This document shows positions 49,194-61,575 of a stretch of 64,000 bases of DNA, piece by piece. Positions within the stretch are counted from its first letter, which is position 1; each line of letters begins with the position of its first letter. The DNA lies in contig OZ219926.1 in the NCBI GenBank assembly GCA_964291405.2, positions 1,120,001 through 1,184,000 on the forward strand, given 5' to 3'. This DNA is from Thermodesulfobacteriota bacterium (GTDB taxonomy: Bacteria; Desulfobacterota; Binatia; Bin18). Made by a program: the position numbers and the translations under genes. The notes under the pieces are model-generated. The model was not told where the DNA came from. It ran no database searches and worked only from the letters and a program-made list of their open reading frames with translations.

Positions 49194-50568
49194 CACCGCG
49201 AATCTCCGGTCGTTGCTTATCCACACGCGCGATGGTGAGTGGGGAGTCGCCAAGCCTGACGACGGTCTTGTTCCCGTACATGTCATCCGAGGCACCGATT
49301 TCGAGCCCGTTCGACGGGGCGACCTAACAACGATCCCAACTCGATACCTGCCGGCCGAACACAGAGCGAGAAAGGCGTTAAGACCGGGCGACATTCTTAT
49401 TGAGACTGCCGGAGGCTCAAAGGGTCGTCCGACTGGCCGTACTTTACTCATTCAGGCGCGTACATTGGAAGGCACCGAAATTCCTTTCACCTGTGCAAGC
49501 TTTGCTCGGTTCCTTCGTGTAGATGAAGCCCGCATCAATGCTCCATATTTGTACTGGTTTCTCCAGTATCTCTACCAGATTGGGGAGATGGAACAGCATC
49601 AGGTTCAACACACAGGTATCGCTAGATTTCAGTTCACTAGATTTGCTGAAGAAATTCAGGTCCCTCTGCCACCCCTCCCTGAACAACGCACCATCGCCCA
49701 CATCCTCGGCACCCTGGACGACAAGATCGAACTCAACCGCCGCATGAACGAAACGCTCGAAGAGATGGCGCGGGCGCTATTCAAGAGTTGGTTTGTGGAC
49801 TTCGATCCCGTCCATGCCAAAGCCACCCTCAGAAACCACACTCCTAATCACTCCCCCCTTGATTGGACTGTGGAACGGGCTCGGGCGTATCTTGACGGGA
49901 TGGACTCAGACATTGTCGCATTGTTCCCTGATAGTTTTGTCGATTCGGAGTTGGGGGAGATACCGGAGGGGTGGGGAGTTGGAAAATTGAAGGATGCGGT
50001 GGATCAACTCCGTGACAAAGAGAACCCGCTTACGTCACCGAGTGCTTCCTTCAGCCATTTTAGTATTCCTGCTTATGATGAGGGGCAAACACCGAAGCAG
50101 GAGCTAGGTGGAAGTATCAAAAGTACAAAGACACGGGTGTGTCCTGGCGTCGTCCTTTTGTCCAAGCTCAACCCAGAGATTGAAAGGGTTTGGTTAGTGG
50201 ATGTATCGCCCGATGACCAAGCAGTCTGTTCGACTGAGTTCTTGGTTCTCCGTACCAAACCGCCTTTTCACCGCAGCTATGTCTACTGCCTACTGCGTAC
50301 CTCTCTTTTCCGGCAGCAGATTAAATCACTTGTTACAGGGACATCTAAGAGCCACCAACGCGCCCAAGCGGAAGCCGTCCTAGACCTCCCCATAGTCTTT
50401 CCACCGGGGGCTCTCATAGATTCGTTCGAGAAGGTCGCCGAAAATTTTCTAAGTAAAACACTGAATTGTCGCTCCGCATCCCGCGCTCTCGCCACCCTAC
50501 GGGATGCACTACTACCCAAGCTCGTTTCTGGCGAGCTACGGGTAAAAAGTCAGAAACAGTATGATTGA
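49186..50568 (+). CDS. hsdS: Type I restriction-modification specificity subunit
   Basis: Two TRDs separated by [44 protein letters not shown]; ends [19 protein letters not shown]. Confidence 0.93.
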   Translation: MGDTANLRSLLIHTRDGEWGVAKPDDGLVPVHVIRGTDFEPVRRGDLTTIPTRYLPAEHRARKALRPGDILIETAGGSKGRPTGRTLLIQARTLEGTEIPFTCASFARFLRVDEARINAPYLYWFLQYLYQIGEMEQHQVQHTGIARFQFTRFAEEIQVPLPPLPEQRTIAHILGTLDDKIELNRRMNETLEEMARALFKSWFVDFDPVHAKATLRNHTPNHSPLDWTVERARAYLDGMDSDIVALFPDSFVDSELGEIPEGWGVGKLKDAVDQLRDKENPLTSPSASFSHFSIPAYDEGQTPKQELGGSIKSTKTRVCPGVVLLSKLNPEIERVWLVDVSPDDQAVCSTEFLVLRTKPPFHRSYVYCLLRTSLFRQQIKSLVTGTSKSHQRAQAEAVLDLPIVFPPGALIDSFEKVAENFLSKTLNCRSASRALATLRDALLPKLVSGELRVKSQKQYD

Positions 50569-52300
50569 TCCGATCCATTCACTCGCATTTTCCATTCAGG
50601 CAAATCGAGGCGTTTATGCCGCCCTTGTCGGCTCAGGTATATCCAGGGCGGCAGAAATTCCGACCGGTTGGGAAATAACGCTAGGCTTGGTTCATGGGCT
50701 TGCAGCTCTCCAAAACAATACAGCGGAGCCCGACCCTGAGACTTGGTATCGGGAACAGTTCGGGAGAGAGCCGGACTATTCCGATCTCCTTGAAAATCTC
50801 GCCAGGACGCCCGCCGAGCGGCAACAATTGTTACGCAGCTATTGGGAGCCGAATGAACAGGAGCGTGCCGAAGGGAAGAAGCAGCCAACCGCAGCACACC
50901 ACGCTATCGCTGCATTGGTGGCTCAAGGATTCATAAAGGTCATCATTACCACAAATTTTGACCGCCTGATGGAAAGCGCCTTGCGTGACGCTGGAGTTGA
51001 GCCAACTGTTCTGAGTTCACCAGATCACGTCCAAGGGATGCTACCGCTTATCCACACTCAGTGCTGCGTTCTCAAGCTCCATGGCGACTATCTCGACACG
51101 CGTATTCGCAATACGCCCAGCGAACTCGAAGCATACCCCGAGGAATTCGACCAACTCCTTGATCGTATCTTCGATGAGTTTGGTCTTATTATCTGCGGCT
51201 GGTCAGCTACCTGGGACAATGCGTTGCGTAACGCAATCGAGCGCTGCCCATCCCGGCGGTTTACGACCTATTGGGCGGTACGTGGCGAGCCCAGCGATGA
51301 GGCTCATCGGCTGATTAACCATCGTGGTGCTGAAGTGATCAGTATTGAGGAAGCCGACACGTTCTTTCAAACCGTTCAGCAACACGTCGAGTCCATCGAA
51401 GAGTTTTCGAGGCCCCATCCCCTTTCAACCGAAGCCGCAGTGGCAAGCTTAAAGCGCTATCTCTCTGAGTCCAGATATCGGATTCAGCTTTCGGACCTCA
51501 TTGACGAAACAGTGGATAGAATTATCGAGGCGACCTCCGGCGAGGCTTATTCCGTTCAAGGCATACCTATAAATACAGAATCAGCGACGGCCCGTGTACG
51601 CGGCTACGAAGCGGCGTGTTCGACATTACTGGCAATGGCACCGGTCGGAGGGTTTTGGGCAGAAGAGGGACACTATCATGTTTGGCAACGAGCACTGGAG
51701 CGTTTATCCCCAGTTAATAGTAATGGTTCTCCATTTTGGTTGAGCTTGCAATGCTATCCAGGAACACTGCTGCTTTACGCCTTGGGCCTCGGTGTGGTTA
51801 AGGCACATCGATTGGAATTCCTTGAACGCCTCTTCGCAACTATGATCCACAGGGAACATCGTGAGGCGATTGCTGCCGTGCAACTACTTCCCCCATTCTG
51901 CTTATTCAGTGTGCATAGCCAAGGCGGCCAGGCTGCTCAAATATTAGAAGGTATGGAAAGAAATTATGTACCGCTGAACATCTGGTTGTATAACGCACTA
52001 AGACAGTATGCAAAGCGAATCATCCCTAGCGATGATGAGTATATGTTGGTCTTCGATAAGCTCGAAATTCTTATCGCGCTTGGATATGCGTACCGAGAGC
52101 GTCTTAATTGGGTTCCAAGGGGAGTATTTATTTACCGAGATGAGAACAGACATCGAGTTTTACAAGAGATCAAGGAATCTACATCGGCACTCCAGGAGCA
52201 ATCGCCGTTTGTGAAAAGCGGTATTTTTGGTGAAACTGTTGAGCAATGCTCGCAAAGCTTGAAATTTTTCAACGTATCTCTCGCGCGAGCCCATCGGTGA
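50561..52300 (+). CDS. SIR2-like domain protein (putative NADase) with an unassigned helical C-terminal half
   Basis: LVGSGISRAAEIPTGW, IITTNFD, LKLHGD, IICGWS; start overlaps hsdS end. Confidence 0.87.
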   Translation: MIDPIHSLAFSIQANRGVYAALVGSGISRAAEIPTGWEITLGLVHGLAALQNNTAEPDPETWYREQFGREPDYSDLLENLARTPAERQQLLRSYWEPNEQERAEGKKQPTAAHHAIAALVAQGFIKVIITTNFDRLMESALRDAGVEPTVLSSPDHVQGMLPLIHTQCCVLKLHGDYLDTRIRNTPSELEAYPEEFDQLLDRIFDEFGLIICGWSATWDNALRNAIERCPSRRFTTYWAVRGEPSDEAHRLINHRGAEVISIEEADTFFQTVQQHVESIEEFSRPHPLSTEAAVASLKRYLSESRYRIQLSDLIDETVDRIIEATSGEAYSVQGIPINTESATARVRGYEAACSTLLAMAPVGGFWAEEGHYHVWQRALERLSPVNSNGSPFWLSLQCYPGTLLLYALGLGVVKAHRLEFLERLFATMIHREHREAIAAVQLLPPFCLFSVHSQGGQAAQILEGMERNYVPLNIWLYNALRQYAKRIIPSDDEYMLVFDKLEILIALGYAYRERLNWVPRGVFIYRDENRHRVLQEIKESTSALQEQSPFVKSGIFGETVEQCSQSLKFFNVSLARAHR

Positions 52301-52339
52301 TGATGGGAGTAAAGTTTTCACCGTGAAGGAGGTTGAGTA

Positions 52340-52729
52340 GTGGCAATGAAACGCGCATTTATCAGTTTTGACTTCGACCATGACGAGGAACTGAGAAATG
52401 CTTTGGTTGGTCAGGCAAAAAATCCAGATTCACCATTTACTATCGCGGATTGGTCGGTAAAGGAGCCATTCACCGGGGATTGGAGAGGGAAGGTTCGCGA
52501 CCGAATACGCAGAACCGACCTGACCATTGTCATCTGTGGACGGTACACACATACCGCCAAAGGGGTTGCTGCCGAGTTGAGCATCACCCGTGAGGAAAAC
52601 AAACCTTACTTTCTACTAAAGGGGCGCCCTGATTACACTTGTACTAAGCCTGACATGGCCCGTCGTTCAGACAAGATTTATAGATGGACATGGGAAAATC
52701 TGAGACGGCTGATTCGCGGAGAGAGATAG
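52340..52729 (+). CDS. Stand-alone TIR domain protein (ThsB/MTH538/DUF1863-like)
   Basis: KRAFISFDFDHD, DWSVKE, W...VRDRIRRTDLTIVICG..T..AKGVAAEL with the catalytic-position Glu, C-terminal WTWENL. Confidence 0.85.
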   Translation: MAMKRAFISFDFDHDEELRNALVGQAKNPDSPFTIADWSVKEPFTGDWRGKVRDRIRRTDLTIVICGRYTHTAKGVAAELSITREENKPYFLLKGRPDYTCTKPDMARRSDKIYRWTWENLRRLIRGER

Positions 52730-52733
52730 CCTG

Positions 52734-53237
52734 ATGTCCCAGCAGTCGAATGGGCGTTTGGTTAATTACACGAAAGAGACGTATGGAGATTCCTTCGGCA
52801 CGGACCTTCTTGAGCAATATAAAATATACGTGCAGTCAGCCGAGAATGTCAGCGCGCGCCGGGTGGCTTCGAGTCGCTATCTCCTCACACTCAACATCGC
52901 GCTCGTGACTCTCTACGGCATTCAATCTGAGGGGTTCGTTCAGAGCTATTGGGCGATACTGGTTCCAATACTCGGCATCCTAGTCTCTTTGCTTTGGTAC
53001 CAGATCATCAAGTCTCACAGTGATCTGAATACCGTCAAATTCAAGATAATCCACCAACTTGAAGAGCATTTGCCAGTTGCGCTGTATGCCTATGAGTGGC
53101 AGTTGGCCGGAGAGGGGCGCGGGACATCCTATAGTGCCGTCACTCACATAGAAAAGTGGATTCCGAGAGTCTTTATTGCCCTCCACAGCATTCTCTTTAT
53201 CTCACCGTTTTTGGTAAAGAGCGACTTCCTGATTTGA
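52734..53237 (+). CDS. Small membrane protein, candidate pore-forming defence effector
   Basis: LLEQYKIYVQSAENVSARR, TM hairpin (YLLTLNIALVTLYG; WAILVPILGILVSLLW), LNTVKFKII..LE..LP..LY..EW, third hydrophobic segment at the C-terminus; resembles, from memory, the family annotated as RipA-like octameric membrane protein. Confidence 0.7.
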   Translation: MSQQSNGRLVNYTKETYGDSFGTDLLEQYKIYVQSAENVSARRVASSRYLLTLNIALVTLYGIQSEGFVQSYWAILVPILGILVSLLWYQIIKSHSDLNTVKFKIIHQLEEHLPVALYAYEWQLAGEGRGTSYSAVTHIEKWIPRVFIALHSILFISPFLVKSDFLI

Positions 53238-53330
53238 CTACAATAATCACCTGCCCCGAATCCACCCTCGAAACAACGTCCAACATGGTCTATACTGGAC
53301 CACTATCGCTTAGTTGCCGGAGGTGTGACC

Positions 53331-53606
53331 ATGGAAGTCTCCAAACCCCAGCGTGTATGGACTGTTGCCGAAGCGAAGGCCCGTCTGTCCGAGGTCTTGC
53401 GGCTGGCCGAGACGGAAGGGCCGCAGCGCATAGGTACCCGGCGTCCGTTCGTTGTGGTGCCCGCCGAGGCGTGGGACGCGAAAACGCCGCCGCGTAAGCC
53501 CTTTGGCCAGTGGCTCATAGAGAACGTACCACGCGGCACCAATCTTGAGGTGCCGGAGCGGAGCTCCAATCGCCCGATTCCCTTCATTGACGAAGAAGAC
53601 GAATGA
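53331..53606 (+). CDS. Phd/YefM family antitoxin
   Basis: WTVAEAKARLSEVLRLAETEGPQRI. Confidence 0.87.
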   Translation: MEVSKPQRVWTVAEAKARLSEVLRLAETEGPQRIGTRRPFVVVPAEAWDAKTPPRKPFGQWLIENVPRGTNLEVPERSSNRPIPFIDEEDE

Positions 53607-54018
53607 CTGGCTACCTTCTGGATACCAACGTAATCTCGGAGTTGACGCGGAACATTCCAGACCCCCGGGTTGTGGACTTTCTGGCCGAGCGAGACGATGT
53701 ATGGGTGTCGTCTGTCCTCATCCATGAAGTAGAATACGGATTACGGTTGCTCCCACAGGGAATCCGCCGCAATCGGCTGTCTACCATGCAAGCAGCCATT
53801 CTTTCGGGATACGCCCATCACATACTGCCATTGGACAGGGCAGGGGCCGAGTGGGCCGCCGAGTTTCGGGCGAACGCCCGGCGCTCTGGATATACGATCG
53901 ACGTGGGCGACGCCTTGGTCGCCGGAATAGCCCGAGCCAATACCCTCACCGTCGCCACTCGGAACGTCGCCGATTTCCGGCCCTTCAACGTCGCAGTCAT
54001 CAATCCCTGGGAAACGTC

Positions 54019-54022
<4 letters not shown>
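53603..54022 (+). CDS. vapC: VapC/PIN domain toxin
   Basis: [11 protein letters not shown]...HEVEYG...DALVAGIA....[10 protein letters not shown]...INPW. Confidence 0.92.
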
Positions 54023-57249
<3,227 letters not shown>

Positions 57250-57339
57250 CCGGAGGCAGGGCGCCTTAGGGATGTTCGCCTTGACCTCCAGATATAAACG
57301 CGCGATGGTTCTGGAACTGACACAGTCGGAGGGAAGCCC

Positions 57340-59715
57340 ATGACCACGGTCGGCACGGGTAAGATGGTTGGCGCCCAGGTGAAACGGGTCGAAGACCCGC
57401 GGGTGCTGTTGGGTCAAAGCCAGTATGTCGATGATATCCACCTGCCCGGCACCCTCGGAGTCGCCTTTGTCCGCAGCCCCTACGCCCATGCCCGGCTGCT
57501 CACGATCGATGTCAGCGCCGCTCAGGCGTATCCAGGGGTTGAGGCGGTCTTGACCGGGGCGGATGTTGCCCAGGCGATCCGCCCCCTCCGCGTGGAGTAT
57601 GATCCGGCCAAGGCCCCGAAACATAAACCGTGCAACTGGTCGGTGTTAGCCCTGGACAAAGTCCGCTTCGTGGGAGAACCCGTAGCGGTCGTGGTGGCCT
57701 CGGACCGCTACACGGCAGAGGATGCCGCGGCTCGCGTGGCAGTCGAGTATGAGCCCCTGGAGGTTGTGAGCGATATAGAACAGGCTATGCAGCCGGACGC
57801 ACCGCTCATTCATGAGGAATGGGGCGACAATCTCATGCAGACAGTGGACATGGAGGCCGGCGCGATTGCCCAGGCATTTCAATCGGCAGACTGCATCGTA
57901 GCCGAGCGCTTTGCGACCGGCCGGCATGTGGCGCTACCCATGGAAGCCCGCGGCTGTCTGGCCCACTATGAGCCGGCTTTAGGCTCCCTGACACTGTGGT
58001 CCTCGACCCAGGTACCGCATCTGATGCGCGCCCACCTGGCCCGGCTGCTCGACTTTCCCGAGCACCATATTCGGGTCATTGCGCCGGATGTCGGCGGAGG
58101 GTTTGGACCCAAAGCCTATGTCTATCCCGAGGAAGTCCTGCTGACCTTCCTTGCCAAGCATGTCGGCCGCCCGGTCAAGTGGATCGAAGACCGACGCGAA
58201 AACCTGTCCGCCTCGACCTTGCAGGCCAAACAACAAGTCGTGCAGGCGGAACTCGCCCTGACACAGGAGGGGGCGGTCCTGGGGGTGAAGGGGCGTTTTA
58301 TCTGCGACGTGGGCGCGTACTCGGCCTATCCGTGGGGCTCGGCCCTGGAGGCCGGCATGGCGGCTTCGGCCTTCCCCGGAGGCCCCTATAAGGTCCCAGC
58401 CTTCCGCTGCGAGGCCCTCTCGGTTGTCACCAACAAGGTGACGAGTGGAGCCTATCGTGGGGTGGGCTTGCCGGTCAGTATCCTGGTCATGGAACGCCTG
58501 CTCGACCTGGGGGCACAGAAACTTGGGCTCGACCCGGCCGAACTGCGTCTGCGCAATATGATCCGCAAGGAGGAACATCCCTATCAGATCGTCACCGGGG
58601 TTGAGATTGAAAGCGGCAGTCACCGGGAAGCGCTGCAAAAAGCGCTGGACATGCTCGACTACCAGGCTTTCCGGGCCGAGCAGCAGCAGGCGAGACAACA
58701 CGGGCGTTACCTCGGCGTCGGCCTGGGCTGTTATGTCGAGAGTTCGTCCTACAGCTATCGCAGTTTCGAGCCGGTCGGCATCACCTGGGGTGGCTACGAG
58801 TCGGCCACCGTGCGTATAGACGCGAATGGCAAGGTCACCGTCCTGGTCGGCACCCACTCGCACGGCCAGGGCCATGAGACGACGTTTGCCCAGGTTGCGG
58901 CAGACGAACTGGGCGTGCCCGTGGCCGACGTCAGGGTGATCCAGGGAGATACCACGACCGTTCCCCACGGCTGGGGGACGTGGGCCAGCCGTAGCGCCGT
59001 GCTCGGCGGCGGCGCCATTATCCAGGCGTCGGGCCAGCTGCGGGAGAAAATTCTGCGTACGGCCTCGCGCCTGAGTGAAGTGCCACAAGATGATCTTGAG
59101 CTGGCCGAGGGGCTGGTCCGGCGCAAGACGGACGGCCTGGCGCTCATGCCCCTCCAGGACATCGCCCACCTGCTGGTTGTTCGGGCACCGGCAGGTCTAC
59201 CGGAAGACGAAGAACCGGGCTTGGAGGCAACGGCACACTACACCCCACCGCCCTGGACCCACGCCAACGCCACGGTTCTGGTGACGGTCGAGGTGGACAT
59301 CGAAACCGGCTCCGTTCGGCTGCTGCGTCTGATTGTGGTCGAAGACTGCGGCACAATAATCAACCCGCTGGTGGTTGACGGACAGATCCAGGGCGGCGTG
59401 GCCCAGGGGATCGGCTCGGCCCTGTACGAACAGACCGTGTACGACGACAACGGGCAACTGCTGACGGGCACGCTGATGGACTATCTGGCCCCAACCGCGG
59501 TGGACGTTCCTCGGGTTGAAATCGGACATATAGAAACCCCGGCTCCGAACACGCCGCGCGGCATCAAGGGCATGGGCGAAGGCGGAGCCATTTCACCGCC
59601 GGCAGCCATAGCCAACGCCGTGGCGGACGCCCTGGCACCGTTGGGGGTACGGGTCAGCGAGATTCCACTCACCCCGGAGCGGGTGCTCGCCCTGATTGAC
59701 CAGGCACGGGCATGA
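57340..59715 (+). CDS. Xanthine dehydrogenase family molybdopterin-binding large subunit (CoxL-like)
   Basis: KRVEDPR, VRSPYAHA, PDVGGGFG, GAYRGVG, HGQGHETTFAQ, INPLVVDGQIQGG, KGMGEGG. Confidence 0.92.
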   Translation: MTTVGTGKMVGAQVKRVEDPRVLLGQSQYVDDIHLPGTLGVAFVRSPYAHARLLTIDVSAAQAYPGVEAVLTGADVAQAIRPLRVEYDPAKAPKHKPCNWSVLALDKVRFVGEPVAVVVASDRYTAEDAAARVAVEYEPLEVVSDIEQAMQPDAPLIHEEWGDNLMQTVDMEAGAIAQAFQSADCIVAERFATGRHVALPMEARGCLAHYEPALGSLTLWSSTQVPHLMRAHLARLLDFPEHHIRVIAPDVGGGFGPKAYVYPEEVLLTFLAKHVGRPVKWIEDRRENLSASTLQAKQQVVQAELALTQEGAVLGVKGRFICDVGAYSAYPWGSALEAGMAASAFPGGPYKVPAFRCEALSVVTNKVTSGAYRGVGLPVSILVMERLLDLGAQKLGLDPAELRLRNMIRKEEHPYQIVTGVEIESGSHREALQKALDMLDYQAFRAEQQQARQHGRYLGVGLGCYVESSSYSYRSFEPVGITWGGYESATVRIDANGKVTVLVGTHSHGQGHETTFAQVAADELGVPVADVRVIQGDTTTVPHGWGTWASRSAVLGGGAIIQASGQLREKILRTASRLSEVPQDDLELAEGLVRRKTDGLALMPLQDIAHLLVVRAPAGLPEDEEPGLEATAHYTPPPWTHANATVLVTVEVDIETGSVRLLRLIVVEDCGTIINPLVVDGQIQGGVAQGIGSALYEQTVYDDNGQLLTGTLMDYLAPTAVDVPRVEIGHIETPAPNTPRGIKGMGEGGAISPPAAIANAVADALAPLGVRVSEIPLTPERVLALIDQARA

Positions 59716-59749
59716 GACAAGTAATAAGGGTGCGCGAGAGGAGGAGCAT

Positions 59750-60757
59750 ATGCGTCTAGGCCTTACTCTCACGGGCGACCAGTTGACAATGGCAGATATC
59801 GTCCGTTTTGCGTGTCAGGCTGAGGAGGCAGATTTCGATTCGGTATGGGTGACCGAGGCCTGGCGCGAGGCTTTCGTTCCCCTGACCGCTATCGCCATGC
59901 AGACGAGCAGGGTACGCATTGGCACGGCCATCGCCCTGACTATGGCACGCAGCCCCGTTCTGATGGAGCTGGCGGCAACAGCCGTGGATGAAATTGCCCA
60001 GGGCCGCCTTGTTCTTGGCATTGGCCCCGGCCCCAAGGCCTGGAACGAAAACTGGCACGCCGTGCGGTTCTATCCCCCGGCCGCGTATGTCCGCGAGTAT
60101 GCGGAAGTCCTGCGTCTGATGTGGACCGCCCACTCCGGAAAGAGCGTAGACTACCAGGGCAAGTATCTCCAGATTCGGGAGTATCAACGCTTTTCCCGTC
60201 CCTACCGGGATCGAATCCCCATCTATTTTGGAGCGGTCATGCCCAAATTCCTCCGGGTGACAGGGGCGGTTGCTGACGGCCTGTGTGTTGCCGCCTGCAA
60301 TACTCCCCGCTACATCGCCGATGTCGCGCGCCGTTATATGGCCGAGGGGATGCAGGAAAGCCAGCGAGAGGCGAACACGGTGGGCTGTATGAGTTTAGTC
60401 ATCTGTGCCGTTGATAAGGATAGAGAGAAAGCCAGAGACAGGGCGAAGCGGCAGATCGCCTTTTACACGACTTTCCCCTACTACGATATTGTGTTGGACC
60501 AGCACGATCTCGCTGAGGAAAAAATGCGAATTCGCGAGGCCTGGGCGCGGAACGACACCACGGGGATGGTTGCCAGTGTCAGCGACCAGATGGTGGATCT
60601 CATCTCCATTGCCGGTACGCCACAGGAATGTCGCCAGGCCCTCTCCCGCTACGAGGGCATAGCCGACGAGGTGTCCCTCTACTCGCCCAGTTTTGAGCTC
60701 AGCCGTGAGGAGGTGCTCACAAATCACCAAGCCATCCTGGAAGCCTTTGGTCGCTAA
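59750..60757 (+). CDS. LLM class flavin-dependent oxidoreductase
   Basis: AEEADFDSVWVTE, VRIGTAI....RSP, GRLVLGIG, IPIYFGA, GAVADG. Confidence 0.88.
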   Translation: MRLGLTLTGDQLTMADIVRFACQAEEADFDSVWVTEAWREAFVPLTAIAMQTSRVRIGTAIALTMARSPVLMELAATAVDEIAQGRLVLGIGPGPKAWNENWHAVRFYPPAAYVREYAEVLRLMWTAHSGKSVDYQGKYLQIREYQRFSRPYRDRIPIYFGAVMPKFLRVTGAVADGLCVAACNTPRYIADVARRYMAEGMQESQREANTVGCMSLVICAVDKDREKARDRAKRQIAFYTTFPYYDIVLDQHDLAEEKMRIREAWARNDTTGMVASVSDQMVDLISIAGTPQECRQALSRYEGIADEVSLYSPSFELSREEVLTNHQAILEAFGR

Positions 60758-60809
60758 ACAGGAAAGCCGGCAACAGGGCTGTCAAGGGGCCGCCGTACGC
60801 TTCCGCTCA

Positions 60810-61361
60810 TCACCCGCCGGTCTTCATCTTGAACCGGAAGTCGCAGTAATTGGCACCCTTCATGATCGTTTGCGTCCGGGTCATGGTGACTCCAGGACCT
60901 CCCACCGCTTCGATATCCACGTCCATCTCACACGTCAGCAGCGCGCCGAGTTCGGGTTCTCCCAGTTGCCGGAAGAAATCAGCGTAGCGGCAGCTGGTGA
61001 TATTAAACTCCCAGGCGTCCGGCGTCTGCTTGAGCATCTCAAGGTTCACATCGCCGCCGACCTGCTTAAAGAGGGCTTTATTAAAGGCGTCCCATTTCTG
61101 CCGAGGGCTGCCGGAGAGCTGATCCCCAATGTCCTGGAAGAGCTTTTCCGACCACTCCCGGAGTGCCTGGCTGGCAATTCGGTTCGCTTGCTCCTCCCCC
61201 AGCTCAGCCCGAAAGGCACGGAGCATGGGCACGAGCACCTGAGCTTGAATCTTGACCTTTTCAAGTAGAGAGAGACCGGCTTTGCCAAACGCTGGTGCAA
61301 AAACATCCGTAGTGGCGTTCTCTTGCGGCTCGTTCGCTTTCAGATCATTGGTACTCGCCAT
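60810..61361 (-). CDS. L-2-amino-thiazoline-4-carboxylate hydrolase-like protein
   Basis: FNITSCRYADFF..LGEPELG.LL.CE.D...TRTQTIMKGANYCDFRF with three conserved Cys. Confidence 0.8.
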   Translation of the reverse strand: MASTNDLKANEPQENATTDVFAPAFGKAGLSLLEKVKIQAQVLVPMLRAFRAELGEEQANRIASQALREWSEKLFQDIGDQLSGSPRQKWDAFNKALFKQVGGDVNLEMLKQTPDAWEFNITSCRYADFFRQLGEPELGALLTCEMDVDIEAVGGPGVTMTRTQTIMKGANYCDFRFKMKTGG

Positions 61362-61575
61362 GGCATTCCTCCTGTATTTAATGGGCTGCACGTAGGACGG
61401 GCTAGTTATGACAGTATCGGATCAAACTCTGAGGTGGCGTGTCAACGAGCGGAACGCAATTAGTTCTCCGCAGCTCTTGACATAATCGATTTGAAAGATG
61501 CAGAAGGGCTGTGAGAGAGGATGAACGCAGCCGACAATTATGAAGAAGATCACGCCCAAATAAGGAGGGAGTGCC

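Noticed and set aside
50561-52729. Calling SIR2 + TIR a canonical type I Thoeris (thsA-thsB)
   Set aside because: No recognisable SLOG domain in the SIR2 protein, so gene symbols were withheld.
57979-59169. 396-aa minus-strand ORF
   Set aside because: Antisense to the CoxL-like gene.
57340-59715. True CO dehydrogenase
   Set aside because: Lacks the AYRCSFR copper-binding motif and the other cox genes.
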